A stretch of DNA of 64,000 bases, taken from positions 8,246,001-8,310,000 of the forward strand of contig NC_085847.1 of assembly GCF_035594765.1 (NCBI RefSeq). Direction: 5' to 3'. Below are positions 13,728 through 26,931 of this stretch, in pieces. The translations under genes and the position numbers were made by a program. The DNA is from Anolis carolinensis. Its lineage: Eukaryota. Each line of letters starts with the position of its first letter. Position 1 is the stretch's first letter. The notes under the pieces were generated by a model that was not told where the DNA came from, did no database searches, and saw nothing but the letters and a program-made list of their open reading frames with translations.

Positions 13728-15319
13728 GTACATCTCCCTTATTCTATTTGATATCCCTGCGAGATAGGCATCCACCAGAATCTGGAGTAACCAGTTTGGG
13801 GATCCTTGTTGCACGAGCACCAGCCTCATCCAAGCTGCATTCGATACAACCGCATCCATTTTACATCTGCCTCAACTGCATCTGTTGTCCAGTTTGCTCA
13901 ACCTCCTCTCCCTCCCCAAAACGGGCACAAACAAATTCCAGATCATTGTATAAAATAGCCTAATGAGCTCCAGGAAGCTTTGCATTTGCACTTTAGCTTC
14001 ATTACAGAAATTGCTTGCTCCTATTTTGTTCCTCTCCGGCTTGGTCCGCCTTGTGGGGCTGTCGCAGGGCGAAGTTGCTCTAAAGCATATAAATCTGCAG
14101 TTTAGTCATGCTTTCTAAATGAAGATGAATAGCCGGAGTAATGAGCTGTGACATAGGATGGCGAACAAAACATTTTCCAGTAACTTGTGGCGAGCTAAAG
14201 CTAATCTCAGACCACTTGCCGATCCCTCCAGCGATCCGAAATCACTCTGTTTAGGGACTGGAATTACACACCAGGATGTTAACAGCATCCTTAATGAATA
14301 ATTACCAATGATAATCTAAAACTACTATAAATACATTAATGACATATGTGGTCATGGTAACCACCGAAAGTGCTAATGTTTACAACACAGTGTTATAAAT
14401 TTCCAGTCATTATATAAGATGACTGGGATACATGAATATGTTTTTCCACACCAATTGCCAAATGTTTCTATAGTAACTGATGTCCTTCAGAGCAGAGATA
14501 CAGGAGGTATCAAAAACCAAGAGGGAAACAAAAGAAATAACATGAATCTAAGATATGTACTGATCGCGGCTTGGGAAAAATTCCGTTTCAAAAAGCATTT
14601 GTTACCGTTGTCATTCCAAGTCCCCCAAAGCGGTTGCTAGAAGCTGTATTGATATAGTTATGTTTTCAGATCACCATTTGCGAGTTATTCAAAAGTCACT
14701 AAAATGAGTGCACTCTGAAGGAATGAAACTTTCCCAGGCAAAGGCTGTTCCTAGGTCTTAGTTAATGAATTATTTGTAACTAGCTCCTTCCAAGCCACCA
14801 TCGCGGCATCTGGCCTGGACGGAATACCTCTCGGCCAATGCCTGCTTGCTAGGTTAATAAATACGAGATTAATTGAAGCGTGTTGGACTGCGATTCAGCT
14901 ACAGTCGCAAAGCTCCGCAGCCACGAAAAGCTATCAGGCAACTCATCGGGCGATCTTCCGCCAGCCACAACGTCTCATCTTAATCCCATCTTTAATTTGA
15001 CTTTGGAGACAAAAAGCAGAGCGCTCCCGGAGCTTTCGAATTTAAAAATTCTCAACTCAATGGAGAATACAAGACGCTGCCCCAAAACGGCTCACATGAG
15101 TCTTGCACGGCCTGCTCTAGGTGGCAGCACCTCGCTGCATTTTGCTCCAAGTTGTCGAGACACGGCACATGGCTGTGTAACATGCACGGATGCATATGCA
15201 CACACGGTAGCCAGATAGGCATTGGGCACAGCGCATGGATGAGAAGGCACAATGGTTATACACAGGCAGTAAGTTGGAACAGATATATTTTAAGTGTAAC
15301 TCCAACCAGATATATAGAT

Positions 15320-16010
15320 ATCTATACACATAATAAAAGTAAAAATATGTATGTGTGTGTGTGGCTATCCATTGACACAAAGAGCTATATCTCCCACTAC
15401 TCATGAGACACCAATGTCCCTCCAATGACACTGCAGGTTACAGCGAGTGCCGTGAACATGTCCAAGAGCCCTGCCAATGTCCCCCACAAACACCCTACTG
15501 CCCACCACCCCATGACCAGCGAAAAATAATGGAAGTCTTTGGGAGAAATTCACCTTGATTTGGGGGAGTTGTAGTTCACCTACATCCAGAGAGCACTATG
15601 AACCCGAACACCAATGGATCTGGACCAAACTTGGCACACAGACCTGATATTTATTTATTATTTATTTACAGCATTTATATTCCACCTTTCTCACCCCGAA
15701 GGGGACTCAGGGCAGATCACATTACACATAGAGGCAAACATTCAATGCCTTTTAACATAGAACAAAGACAAGACAAACATAGGCTCCGAGCGGGCCTCGA
15801 ACTCATGACCTCCTGGTCAGAGTGATTCATTGCAGCTGGTTGCAGCTGGCTTGCTCTCCAGCCTGCACCACAGCCCGGGCCGGATATGCCGGAATTTGAT
15901 TACTGGAGGGGTTTGGGGTGGGGGATGACTTTTCTTTCTGGGAATTGTAGTTCACCCACATCCAGAGAAACTGTGACCTCCACAGTGGGAGTTGTAGTTC
16001 ACCCTACAGG
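15320..16010 (+). mobile_element. Helitron-like non-autonomous element (partial) with a nested SINE
   Basis: 5' atctatacacataataaaag; similar to the reverse complement of 33094-34170. Confidence 0.55.
15650..15880 (-). mobile_element. tRNA-derived SINE, short form
   Basis: Reverse complement nearly identical to 54340-54572; B box gagttcgaggccc. Confidence 0.8.
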
Positions 16011-16253
16011 CAGAGAGCTGGGCTCTCACTTCCTATTGTCCCTCTTTGCCCCCTTCTCAACCAGGAGTCGTTTGTAAGTCGGATGTTTGTACCTTGGGCA
16101 CTGCCTGTATTGATATAGAAGATCAAAGTTGCATCTTTCTTGCCCAAGGAGCATCCCAAGGCAGAACCATTTCCACAGGAGAATGTACACATCTCTATGA
16201 AACTGTTGGAGACTAGCCCGGAGGGGAAGTAAAGGAGAGAACTCCAAGAGAGC

Positions 16254-16603
16254 AATAAAACAAGCCTTTTATTGTTATCACAGCTGATGATAAGGCAAAC
16301 AGCCGTAGCCACTCACTTTAGTGGGTCCGTACCATGCAAATGGCCGTCGCAACATGTGCATAGCAAACAAAGATTATATACCTTTGGCTTATCTAAAATT
16401 GACCAATGGCTGAGGGTCTTCCTCACCTTCCACGCCTACTTGGCATAAATGATACCTGTGACCTCACTTGTTTACTCTGAGCTTTCTTCTCTCTTTGGAA
16501 CATCCTGGAGAAAGGCACCAACTTACAGGAAGGGAGGGACATATGCAGAGGCAAAGCTACATAGGCAAAAGTTTACTATTTTCTGGCTTATGGTCCCTTC
16601 AAA
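16254..16603 (+). repeat. Left copy of ~340-bp inverted duplication
   Basis: Reverse complement aligns end to end with 22643-22975. Confidence 0.85.
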
Positions 16604-17339
16604 CCATGCCCCAAACCAACTCTCCCCTGGCTGGAATGGAGAGGCTAAGAGGTCCCATGTCCTCACCGATCTCCTGTGTTTTGTCATGAATGGAGATCAG
16701 ACTCAGTGGGGTCGGCATGAGGATAACGTTTGTTTCAGTGTCCCTTTCAGCAATATTAAATTTCATTGTACCTGATTCTGACATTAAGCTGTATTTGTTT
16801 AATCGTTTTCATTTTCTCCTCTTTTGATTGTCTTGATATTTTTAATGAAAGTGAAATTAAAGATGAACAAAGACTGTACGTTCCTTCCGAGGAAAGCAAG
16901 TGACTCAGGATCATTCTTAACATGATCTGAAAGAACGGCACTGTGTTCCAAGAACTCTGGTTCACCTTTGCCTAGGAGCCCAACAAAAATAAAATGTCTT
17001 GGTGTCTTGGTTTTGAGGCATGTTCCCGAGGTTCTTTGGGGCACTGATTCAGAAAACTGTATCAACTCTAATTTCTGAGAGATGGTTATCATGGTTTCCT
17101 ATGGGCGAGTGGTGGATAGCATATGTTCTGTATCTCAAAACAAGAGCTGGTGGAGAAAACTGGTGCCATGTTTGGAACCAGTAGGCTAGATATACCCAGA
17201 AACAGGGCTAGCATTGGTGTGTTAGTCAGTGTTATACAAGAAGAAATGGAAGTGGTCCTACTGACCATTTCTTGCCTCCCTTCCGCCATTTCGTCAGTTC
17301 TGACACGGTTGCCTTTAGCCATGGTTGAGACTGTTGAGC

Positions 17340-17582
17340 TTTACACCATTAAGTTGTATTGCTGGCATTGCAGAGGGATTGGTTGGTGCCTTTTGCTGGT
17401 TTTGTCAACATTCAGTGAGAGGTCAAGCCTATCACGTGCTTCTCCAAAGAAAGTTGTTTAAGGTGGCTTGTAGGTCTTTCTCTGAATGAGCATACACTAC
17501 ATTATCATCAGCATATTGGAATTCTATAACAGAAGTTGTTGTGACCCTACTTTTGGCTTTCAGTCTGCTGGGGTTAAAGAGG
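17340..17582 (-). mobile_element. RTE-clade LINE reverse-transcriptase fragment
   Basis: LFNPSRLKAKSRVTTTSVIEFQYADDNVVYAHSEKDLQATLN, then a frameshift to LSLNVDKT; YADD catalytic motif. Confidence 0.8.
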
Positions 17583-20065
17583 TATGTGGCAGCTGCAACC
17601 ATGAAAACGTACAACAGGTATGCATATGCCATATGCCTGAACTGGATACAGATTTTTGCTTCCAAACAAAAATTTCCAAGCACTACCGTATCGAAATGTA
17701 GGTATGCATAAGGCACCAATATGATTCCAGCCAATCTGATCAATATGATAACAGACAACTGGAAATCATAGCATTTGCATGGCACAGCTATTCTACCATT
17801 CACAATCCAGATGTTTCCATTTGTAAACTGGTGGATCCCAACAGGTTGTGGCACCAACCCCATTTCTTGACCAGGGATATGATTTTTTAAACTTCCTTTT
17901 TTAGTTTTCCTACAGGTTTTCAGCTCATGTTAGCGAAGGATGACATTTGGTTGTCCTTTGTTCGCGGCGACCTCCGAATGTCAATAGCAAAGCTAATTAA
18001 GGTTCCGGCTATATCTTTTTTAGTTTTATAATTGCTTTGCTGTTATTGAAAACCTGTTTCCGGAACAGAGTCTTCTGCGACAGGAATGGATGAGAGAGAT
18101 TGTTCCCGGGGTTGTGTGTTTTAGAGACCATCTATTCCTTGTCTGGGTAGAACAGCGGCTTCTGTTCAAGGTGCAGGTTGAGGTCAGGCGACCTGAAGGA
18201 CACTTTCTTCCATATGAAGATGTCAGATATTTGAGAACCTCGGAAGAGGCCATATTGTGCACAAAAACTAGGCAGAAAAAAACAGAGAAAGCTTTTTCAA
18301 AATCAGTGAGGCAATGCTGGACACCCCCAAGAAAAGTCAAGTTGCCTCCATCCCTTCTGGGTCTCCATTGGGCAACTAAGACTGTATCAGTATTATTATT
18401 GTTGTTGTTGTTGTTGTTGTTGTTGTTTCACATCTTTCACAGGTGGATACAGTGGCTATTTTAACTGCGATTTAAGTTATTTTAATGACAGTTTTTAATC
18501 CATTTTTAACATTTTTATCCAGGCATTGAATGTGTGAAATTTTAAAATTCGGGATCTCAATGTCAGTCCTGTCAAAACAAAGCTGGGACTGATCTGGTAA
18601 TGGCTGCTCATCTACAATTTCGACAATGCCTCCAACCCCGATAATGTGGAAAGAGATAATGCATAAGGCTTGTATCTATAAGCAATCAAACCTCTAAGCA
18701 AAAATTGGCTGGGAAATGTTGAACAGGAAAAAAAAGGAAAGGCACCGGCATCAGCTCTCATCACACTGGGAAGGCTTTCTTTCAGCCATCAATGCAACAG
18801 GGGTTTGAATGCTTTCATTAAGCCACAAAGACCGATTCAATCAGTGTGGCGCTTCTAAAGTCGACAGCATTTACTCTCGAATTAATCCAGCAGAACTGAG
18901 ATTAACCTAGACGTTTTTTTAAAAAATAAGTGTTAGGTGATCACGCTTAAAAAGCCTTGCAGAGTAATCATCTGGATTTTTTTGACAAAATTGAGTTATT
19001 AGCTCCATTTAAACCATGCCATTTGCCAACTGTGTCGTATGGAAAAGGCAAATGCCGCAAATGGATCCGAGAGCAAATCAAGCCTGCCTTCTCACTAGGA
19101 GCCAAAAGGCTGGAACTGGGGGGTGTTGTACTTTGGGCACATTATGAGCTGTGGAAAAGATGGTGATGATCAGCAAAGTGGAAGGCGGTAGGAAAAGAAG
19201 GGAAGGACACTCCAGGTGGGTGGATTCAGTCAAGGATGCCAGAGGTGCCTTGCATTTGTCAAACTAGCACAGGGCTGAGAATGACTAGGACCCATGGATG
19301 GAGCTCTCCCATTTGGAGGGTCAAAGCCCACTTGAATGCAGACCACAATTTGTGAACAGTACACTTGCCATCTCATAAGGTCTTTTGACAAGATTATATG
19401 GCTGAATACGGTTTCATCTGCGAGGCACAAAATAGTATACTGCAGCAGCACCCATGAATTCTTGATCGTCACAGAACTTGATGTGGCAGGGTGAAATGGG
19501 CCCATTCCAGGTGGAGAAGGAGCCATTTATTGATGGTTGGGGTGAGGGGTAATTTCCAAAAAAGAGAGAGAAGCATTCAAAAAAGGTTAAGGGACAACAG
19601 TAGCAGCAGTTCAGCAAATCAGAAGCTTCTAGTGTCAGCAGTAGAGTCGATTGAGCTTCAGCAGTTCAAGAGCAGAGTCAAGCTTTAAAAGCTACTTTTT
19701 GGAAAGAACTACATTCCTAAATAGGAAAATTAGGACCTAACTAGTATTTAATTATCTTGTCTCTCTCCATGCTCACAGGAGAAGAACAAAATGGAAGACT
19801 TAGGGGCTTGCCATGTGTTTCACCCAGCACCACACCAGAGTCTATTACTTCTAACTACAGCAGTTGTTTGAGAAAAGCATGTGCTGAAGGGGAAAAAAAG
19901 AGCATTTCCCAAAAAGCAGTGGAAAAGGAGCTATAAAATAGCAATAGTCCATACACAAAATGACAGTAGTCCAAAATAACAAGGTACATGAAATCCAGGA
20001 AGTCAGGAGCACAGGCATAAATCCATTACCATGAAAAAAATGATTTTTTTCCCAAGGCAAAACTC

Positions 20066-20470
20066 TTTCAGGAACATAGGCAACACAGGAGAATTGAATG
20101 ATGAACTTGAGAGCTGAGACAGGAACCTGACTCTATGTCAACATTATCTGCTCTGGAGACACCAAGTAAGCATCACTTAATTTAAGCCCAGGCCCAACCA
20201 AGAAGCTTCACACACCTGGGTTTCAATGACTTCTCAAGGAGTCTTTCTGAATGCCTGATTCATTTATCCTTCACTCCCTCAGTGTGAAGACTTAATCTGA
20301 TAGCTCAGGAAAACTCCCCACCAGCTGAAGGCCGATTCCCAAGAGAAACAGACTTTTCCCCTGTTGCTAAGGAACTAACAATGGAATCCAAAACATCCTG
20401 TCTCATTTCTAACTGCCTGCACTTTACTCTGATCTAAGGCCTGCACTTCACCCTGGCTATACACAGACTC
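20066..20470 (-). repeat. Second copy of the 8073-8754 repeat
   Basis: Reverse-complement similarity. Confidence 0.6.
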
Positions 20471-20645
20471 CTTAGTTGGAAACCCATCATCCCCCTCATC
20501 CTCTGAGAAATACCCAGCATCTTGCTGCTGAGCCCCAACACCATGTGGCTAGAAACATTGAATAAAAAAGAGGCATGTCCCTAGACCTACCCATCTAGCA
20601 AACAGAAGAAATAAAAGATGACAGAGAGATATTGGTGTATTTTGG

Positions 20646-21111
20646 TGTAAGGGTGAAATGTTGAATCAAGTGTTTTGCTGTTGGAGTTTTGCAACTGTGT
20701 ATTCCGGCATGCTTTCCAGCAGCACACAGGTTAATGGCAGGCCAGCTTGAGTGATAGCCTGCCTAGCCAATAGGTTGAGCCTTCTGGTCTCAGAAGGGTG
20801 GACAGGACATTTGTCATTCTGCTATGGAATGTGGGAGCTGCCTGCAGATGAGCTTTGCTGATGATCGGCAAAGAGAGAGGACATGCTTTGCCTTTGCTTA
20901 GGGAAGCATGTGTCCTATGAGCGATGGACTTTGTAACTTGTAAATAGTTTGTATATAAATAAAGCCTTGGAACCACTGTGCACAGCTGAATTACAACTGT
21001 GGTGTCGTTTGTCGGTGCTGCTTAGCCAGATGCTCAAGTAGTCTGACGGAGGATGGATTGGTGAGCGGCCTGACTCACCAATAAATCAGGGTGGTTCGGA
21101 GCTGATTAACA
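20646..21111 (+). mobile_element. Possible solo LTR
   Basis: TGTAAG...TTAACA termini, CCAAT, ttgtaaatagtttgtatataaataaa poly(A) region; TSD not convincing. Confidence 0.35.
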
Positions 21112-22642
21112 CTTGATAAGAGATTGGCAGACAGAGAGACCAATGGGGAAAGGTTTCCCCCCGCCAACTAACTCATCTGCCTAAGTCCTTAATGAGGACT
21201 CCAATCTTGTGCAAGGATATGGTTGAGTTCCAACATTGGCTATACCTGACTGATGGCAATTTTCTCCTAGAAACCACCAAATGAGACAGGAAAGAAAATG
21301 TTGTCAGATGCTGGTTCCAGCAAGCCACCTCTTCTTCCTGAATACTCAATTCCATTCCCCATCCCACCCAATAATGGCATCTTATTTTTCAATATTGAGC
21401 CTAATTGTGTATAGGTTCTTTCTTGGCCAAATGGACCAACCCTCCCAAAGGATAAAGGCAGTGAGGAGGTCATTTAAGTCAGGATGTACTCGGTGGTGTC
21501 ACAAGCGGTCAGACAAAGTTCACCACCTTTTGTGAGAGCCATAAAGCAATATGAACTTGTTATGAAAGATGATCTGCGGCTGAATGAATTATTTTTGACG
21601 GCACAAAATTGCAGTCTAGGGATGAGAGCCCTCTTCTTTGCCTCCTATGCTCACGATTTCATCAATATCACAATTTCCTAGAATGGCTAATCGACTTGTT
21701 GAAGGGGAATGTCACATGTTGAAGAGCAATGTTGAAGAGCACCTGAATGTTCATCATCAGGGGCAGAAAGGACGGTGAAGTGTGCATTTCGGGACAAATT
21801 GCAAAATTAATTTTTTTTCCTCCACTGGCAACCCGGGAAAGAAATAATAGCAAAAAAAAAAAACAATTGTGTTTCATATCTGTTAAGGTCAAACATAATC
21901 CACGAAGGAGCTGGATACGAAAAAGAGACTGACACAAGCAAGCGAAGTGTTAAGAAAGGGATGGAAACGCATGTCCAAATCCAGCAAAGCAAATGAAAAA
22001 AACACACGAAACAGCTCAATCTTATTCCTTGCTTTCCCAGGGGATTTTAAGCCTCACGGCGTCACTTTCTTTGTGTGTCACTGGTGAATTCGGTAGGTTT
22101 CGTCTCTGAGTGTTCCAGGATCTTTTCCAGGATGCTGACTTTTAAAAATCTGGAGCGATAGCCGAATGTATGTTCTGTTGCGGTTTTGTGGCTCAACACT
22201 TCATGCCCACCTTGTCCTCTGTACCATAACTCAGAATGTATCATTGCAGGCTCTTTTCCCATTTTTTTCTTCATAGAATATGGATTGTTTGAATGGAACA
22301 GACAGCACAATATGGTGAATTTGGCTTTCTAGGAAGCTGTCGTTCTGGGGTCTTTTCTGGAATACCGGTCTCGGTGTGGCATCTAGTATGAAACAGACGC
22401 CTGAGTGGGCATTCTGTTGAAGTTACTTCACTACATTCTTGTCCTCTATGACCCCATCTATATTGACCATTTAATACAGTTTGAAGCTGGCTTCCAACTG
22501 AGTTGGCCAGACCACAAACTCCCGCAAAAGCATACAAAAGAAAGCCCTGAATGTGTACCTGTAGTTTGAATCATACCCATTCAGACCTCAAAGTGGTTCC
22601 AAGATTTCCTAGGGAATCATCTCCATCTTTTCCGATACTGGC

Positions 22643-22975
22643 TTTGAAGGGACCATAAGCCAGAAAATAGTAAACTTTTGCCTATGTAGCTTTGCCTGTG
22701 CATATGCCCCTCCCTTCCTGTGAGCTGGTGCCTTTCTCCATGAAGTTCCAAAGGGAGAAGAAAGCTCGGAGTAAACAAGTTAGGTCACAGGTATCATTTA
22801 TGCCAAGTAGGCGTGGAAGGTGAGGAAGACCCTCAGCCATTGGTCAATTTTAGATAGGCCAAAGGTATATATTGTTTGCTACGCACATGTTGCATAGTAC
22901 AGACCCACTAAAGTGGGTGCCTACAGCTGTTTGACTTATCATCAGCTGTGATAACAATAAAAGGCTTGTTTTATT
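22643..22975 (-). repeat. Right copy of ~340-bp inverted duplication
   Basis: See 16254-16603. Confidence 0.85.
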
Positions 22976-23640
22976 AATTGTTCTGCCTATATTTTTTGCC
23001 CATTTTGTCGTACATGGCTCAACATATTCTGTTTCTTTGCTCCATTCTAGGAGGATTTTGTAGATCTTACTTATCGATTTCTTCCCATTGAGTAGTACTT
23101 TGTCCCATGCTGTTTGTTTCTCTTCAAATCCGAGTTTGGCATCTTTGGTAAAATGTTCTTTAATTTGATAGTACTGGAACCATGATATGTTTGTGTTTTG
23201 CTTTTTCAATTCTTCTAGGGACTTTCTTTTTAGTTCTTTACATTCTTTTTTCAAGACTTCTCTGTATGTTGGCCATTTACTCCATCCTGTTTCCCTCCTG
23301 TGGCCTGCTTCCAGCACTGATAGGCAGAGTGGGGTTTTACTATATAATCTTTTTTTGTGCTTCTCCCAGATTTTCAATAATGTAGAGCGAATAAAATGGT
23401 TTCCAATTTTTTTTCTGTTTTTTTCTTCTCGTACCACAGGTACGCGTGCCAGCCTGCCCGCAGGTCATGGCCTTCTAAAGTCAACAATTTCTTATTGTTT
23501 AGATTTATCCAGTCTCTAATCCAATTCAGTGCATTAGCTTCAAAGTATAAACTCAAATTTGGTAGTCCCAATCCTCCTTTTTCTTTATCTTCGGTCAAAT
23601 TTGTATAATTTATTCTCACTTTTTTTTGGGGACTATTCCT
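22976..23640 (-). mobile_element. L1-clade LINE ORF2 fragment (frameshifted)
   Basis: KEKGGLGLPNLSLYFEANALNWIRDW...LEGHDLRAGWHAYLW...ISWFQYYQIK...KWAKNIG. Confidence 0.85.
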
Positions 23641-24888
23641 CACAACCTCTGAGGATGCCTGTTGAAGATGATAAGGGTACCGCTTAACTTACACTTAGTG
23701 CAACTTTGCTTGTATGTTTGCATGAATAGGAAGCGATGGGGAGCAGAGAAAGATGCCCCCCCCCCCCCAAATTGCCTGCACTAACCGTTCAACCCCTGCT
23801 CCGGAAAGAGCCGGATGCTTTCATGTTGTTGACGCCATTTCCCCCGCTTCTCAAATTTCTCTTGGTTCTTTTCTGAGAAAACCTCTTGTCTTTGTTCCAC
23901 GAATAAAGCGAAATGGCCATCTCCTTAGCTCTTCAGGTTAACTAATGAGTTAGAAATAGGCTGGCGCTTCCCCTTTTGTCTTAATGCATTTCTCTTGTAC
24001 AGAAGGAAAGGGGATCTTCATTAGGTTGATGTGTATTAGATTTTGGAACATACAATGTCCTCCTTTGCAACCGAGCGTTATATAATCCTAAAACAATGGC
24101 GGGGAAAGGATGACAAAGAGAGGATCAAAAGAAAAACATCTTAGGTAGAAGCAATGTCCATATCGGGCTAAAAGTCAAATTAAACTAATTATACAACCTG
24201 ATGAATGCTTAGGCCAGAGACCAACTAGCTAATGCCGTGAATGCAGCCTAACTAATCACAAACTAACTAGCATTAATTAGAACACAAAAGAACTCCGAAT
24301 CCCTCCTTCTCTTTCAGGTTAGCTTTGTTAAAATCGCCGGCTTTGAGTAATTATATTCCAGGAAAAATAAACTCCTTAACCAAGCTGACATTTCAGAGCG
24401 GGCTGGATCCGCAAAGAGCTGCCCAGCCACTTTTGCTAACAACTCCTATATAAACACATCAATTTGGTCGGTTTGGTCTACTAATAATTGGCCATCCCAT
24501 GCTATTCTGCAAGGAGTCTCAGGACTTTATCACGTGGAGGTGGCAAACAGGCACAGAACCAGGACCGTTGTGAGATATCCCCAGCTATTGAGGGACAAAA
24601 CCCACCAAGAGCCCCTTGTCACGGTGCCACAACTTACCTGGATACAGTGCTATATCGATTGACTTGAGAACCTTCCCAAATATATAAGCAAAGTTCCTTT
24701 TTTAAAAAATGCTTACTGAGCTAGAGTTCCCTCCCCGATAAAATGTTATTATGGATGAAAGTGGCATCGTTGTGGCACTGCAGGGGCATGTGATAATGAA
24801 AGCAACCATCCCGGGATGGTGGCATCGTGAGATAATATCCTCACTGTCAATGAGCTGTCATTCACCCAATTCTGTGGAATGCACCTCG

Positions 24889-24907
24889 TGGCCAGGAGGT
24901 GGCGCTG
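24889..24907 (+). promoter_or_regulatory. Candidate CTCF site
   Basis: tggccaggaggtggcgctg, close to the CTCF core consensus; motif match only. Confidence 0.45.
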
Positions 24908-25120
24908 TAGACATTGCCACCTTTAGGAGGAAAACGAGGCGCTCACGCGACTGAGAATTCACTTTTCTCTCTCCACATCGAAATAAAAACCCAAAAGGAA
25001 CCTGATCCAAGATCCAAGGGGCTGGTTTAGGGGTTCAAACCATCCCCAAAATCTTTCAGGTAAAAAAAACTGCCTGACTAATGATTCCTGCCCCCTTGAG
25101 CGAAGCTTTATATAGATAGA

Positions 25121-25735
25121 CTAGCTGTGCCCAGCCACACGTTGCTGTGGCTTTTTGGATTTGTTTGTTGGCCAGGTGGATTAGCAGTGAATAGCCTTGC
25201 AGCCGCAAAGTGTGACCATTTTCTTCCTATTGTAATCCTAGTTTGGTGAGCTGGAATACACTGAATAGTCTCAGTGTGGCAAGTGTGCGTGCTGTTATTA
25301 GTCACCTCTCAGTTATCCAACATCGACCGCTCCCCACAGGTGCCGGTTAAATGAGAGCCAACTGTCATAGTATTAATACAAACTCTCAAGCAACCAGAGA
25401 TGACTCTCTAATGTTCTGACCATTTCTAATTTAAACTAAACAGCGAAACTGAGCCCCTGGGCAGAGTGGGTTGTTAGGAGACCAAGTAGGCAGAGCTTAG
25501 CCTTCTGTCAGCAGACCAAGTGGGTGGAGCTTAGCCTTCTAACTGGCAGCTATTGGATAAAAACAATTATTCCTCTCCCTCTAATTAGGACTTTATTTTT
25601 CTTTTCTTTTTGTTGTATCAACCTAGAGGCGTGGATGATGGGTTGTGTTGTCAAATTTCGAGGTTGGGGGGCCTGTAGTTTTGTTGTTTTGTGGGTTGCC
25701 GTGATGCCATCACTCATTTAGATAGATAGATAAAT
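25121..25735 (-). mobile_element. Non-autonomous Helitron related to 10259-10751
   Basis: Reverse strand ends gccacagcaacgtgtggctgggcacagCTAG|T; shares gagagggagaggaataattgtttt block. Confidence 0.7.
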
Positions 25736-25749
25736 AGATAGATAGTGCT

Positions 25750-26310
25750 TTTAAAAACATAAAAAGAGTGAGAACAATAATAAGTATAGAAAAGAAAGTG
25801 AACAGGAGGGGGGTGATTCGAGTGAAGAAAAAGAAGGAAAAAAAGGAAAAAAAATTGAAAGTAAAAGTATATAAGAAAAAATAAAAAAAATAGAAAGAAA
25901 AAGAAAAAATAGAAAAAAGAAAAAGAAAAAACAGAAAACAACAACAACAAACAACAAAAGGTTGTACTTCCCGTCTTATCTTCTCGGTGGTAAATTATTT
26001 TGTACATGTTGCCCTTTGTATTTCTGCTCCGTCTTTATGTTTTTGTAAAAAATTCCTCTTGTTCTATACAAGTTATCAATAATGTCCAGTCTGTTTCTTT
26101 TGTTGCTTTGCCATGGTGGGTTTTCAGGTCCATATTTTTTATGTCCATAATCTTTAGTATCCATTCTTCTTTGTTTGGTATTTCTGTTAATTTCCATTTC
26201 TTTGCGTATACTATTCTGGCTGCTGTTACAAAGTAGTTGAATAAAATCTCTTGATTTTTATTAAAGTTAATATCGGTCATTCCTAATAGAAAATACTCCG
26301 GTTTCAATTG
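25750..26310 (-). mobile_element. L1-clade LINE 3' end
   Basis: LKPEYFLLG...TAARIVYAKKWK..EIP...W...MD motif followed by T-rich 3' UTR. Confidence 0.8.
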
Positions 26311-26355
26311 CACAATCTTGACCCAATGTTGATTATTTGCACCATCATTACCTAC

Positions 26356-26931
26356 CCATATATACTCGAGTATAAGCCGACCCGAATATAAGCCGAGGCA
26401 CCTAATTTTACCACAAAAAACTGGGAAAACATTGACTCCAGTATAAGCCGAGATACCAATAATATTACATTAAATGCAGCATCCGTAGTTTAAATGTTTT
26501 TGAATCTTTACATCAAACTGTAATTTAATATATGACTGTTCAACTCTGATTTTATCATTATTTTCATCTTCTTCAATGTAAATGTGCTTATGTATCCTTT
26601 CAATAATAATAGAGTGAAATAATAAATGTAATAATAATAATAAATGCAGTAAAATAATAAATGTATTAATAACAATAAAAATAGAGTAAAATAAATGTAA
26701 AAGTAACAATACAGTAAAATAATAAATGTAATAATAATTAATAGAGTAAAATAATAAATGTAACAATACTAATAATAATAGAGAAAAATAATAAATATAC
26801 CATATAGACTTGAGTAGAAGCCAACCTGAATACAAGTCCACCAGGACCCTCACCCGAGTATAAGCCGAGGAAGTTTTTTTTCAGTCCTAAAAAAGAGCTG
26901 AAAAACTAGGCTTATACTCGAGTATATACAG
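26356..26931. mobile_element. Tc1/mariner-pogo-type MITE
   Basis: TIRs tatatactcgagtataagcc ... ggcttatactcgagtatatacag. Confidence 0.75.

Noticed and set aside
21747-21932. MFII... start as a possible C22orf15 ortholog expected 3' of CHCHD10
   Set aside because: Similarity limited to three residues; no downstream matching exons found
16254-22975. DIRS-like or Polinton-like element defined by the inverted repeats
   Set aside because: No tyrosine recombinase, integrase, polymerase or gag/RT ORFs inside; the only RT piece is a short RTE fragment
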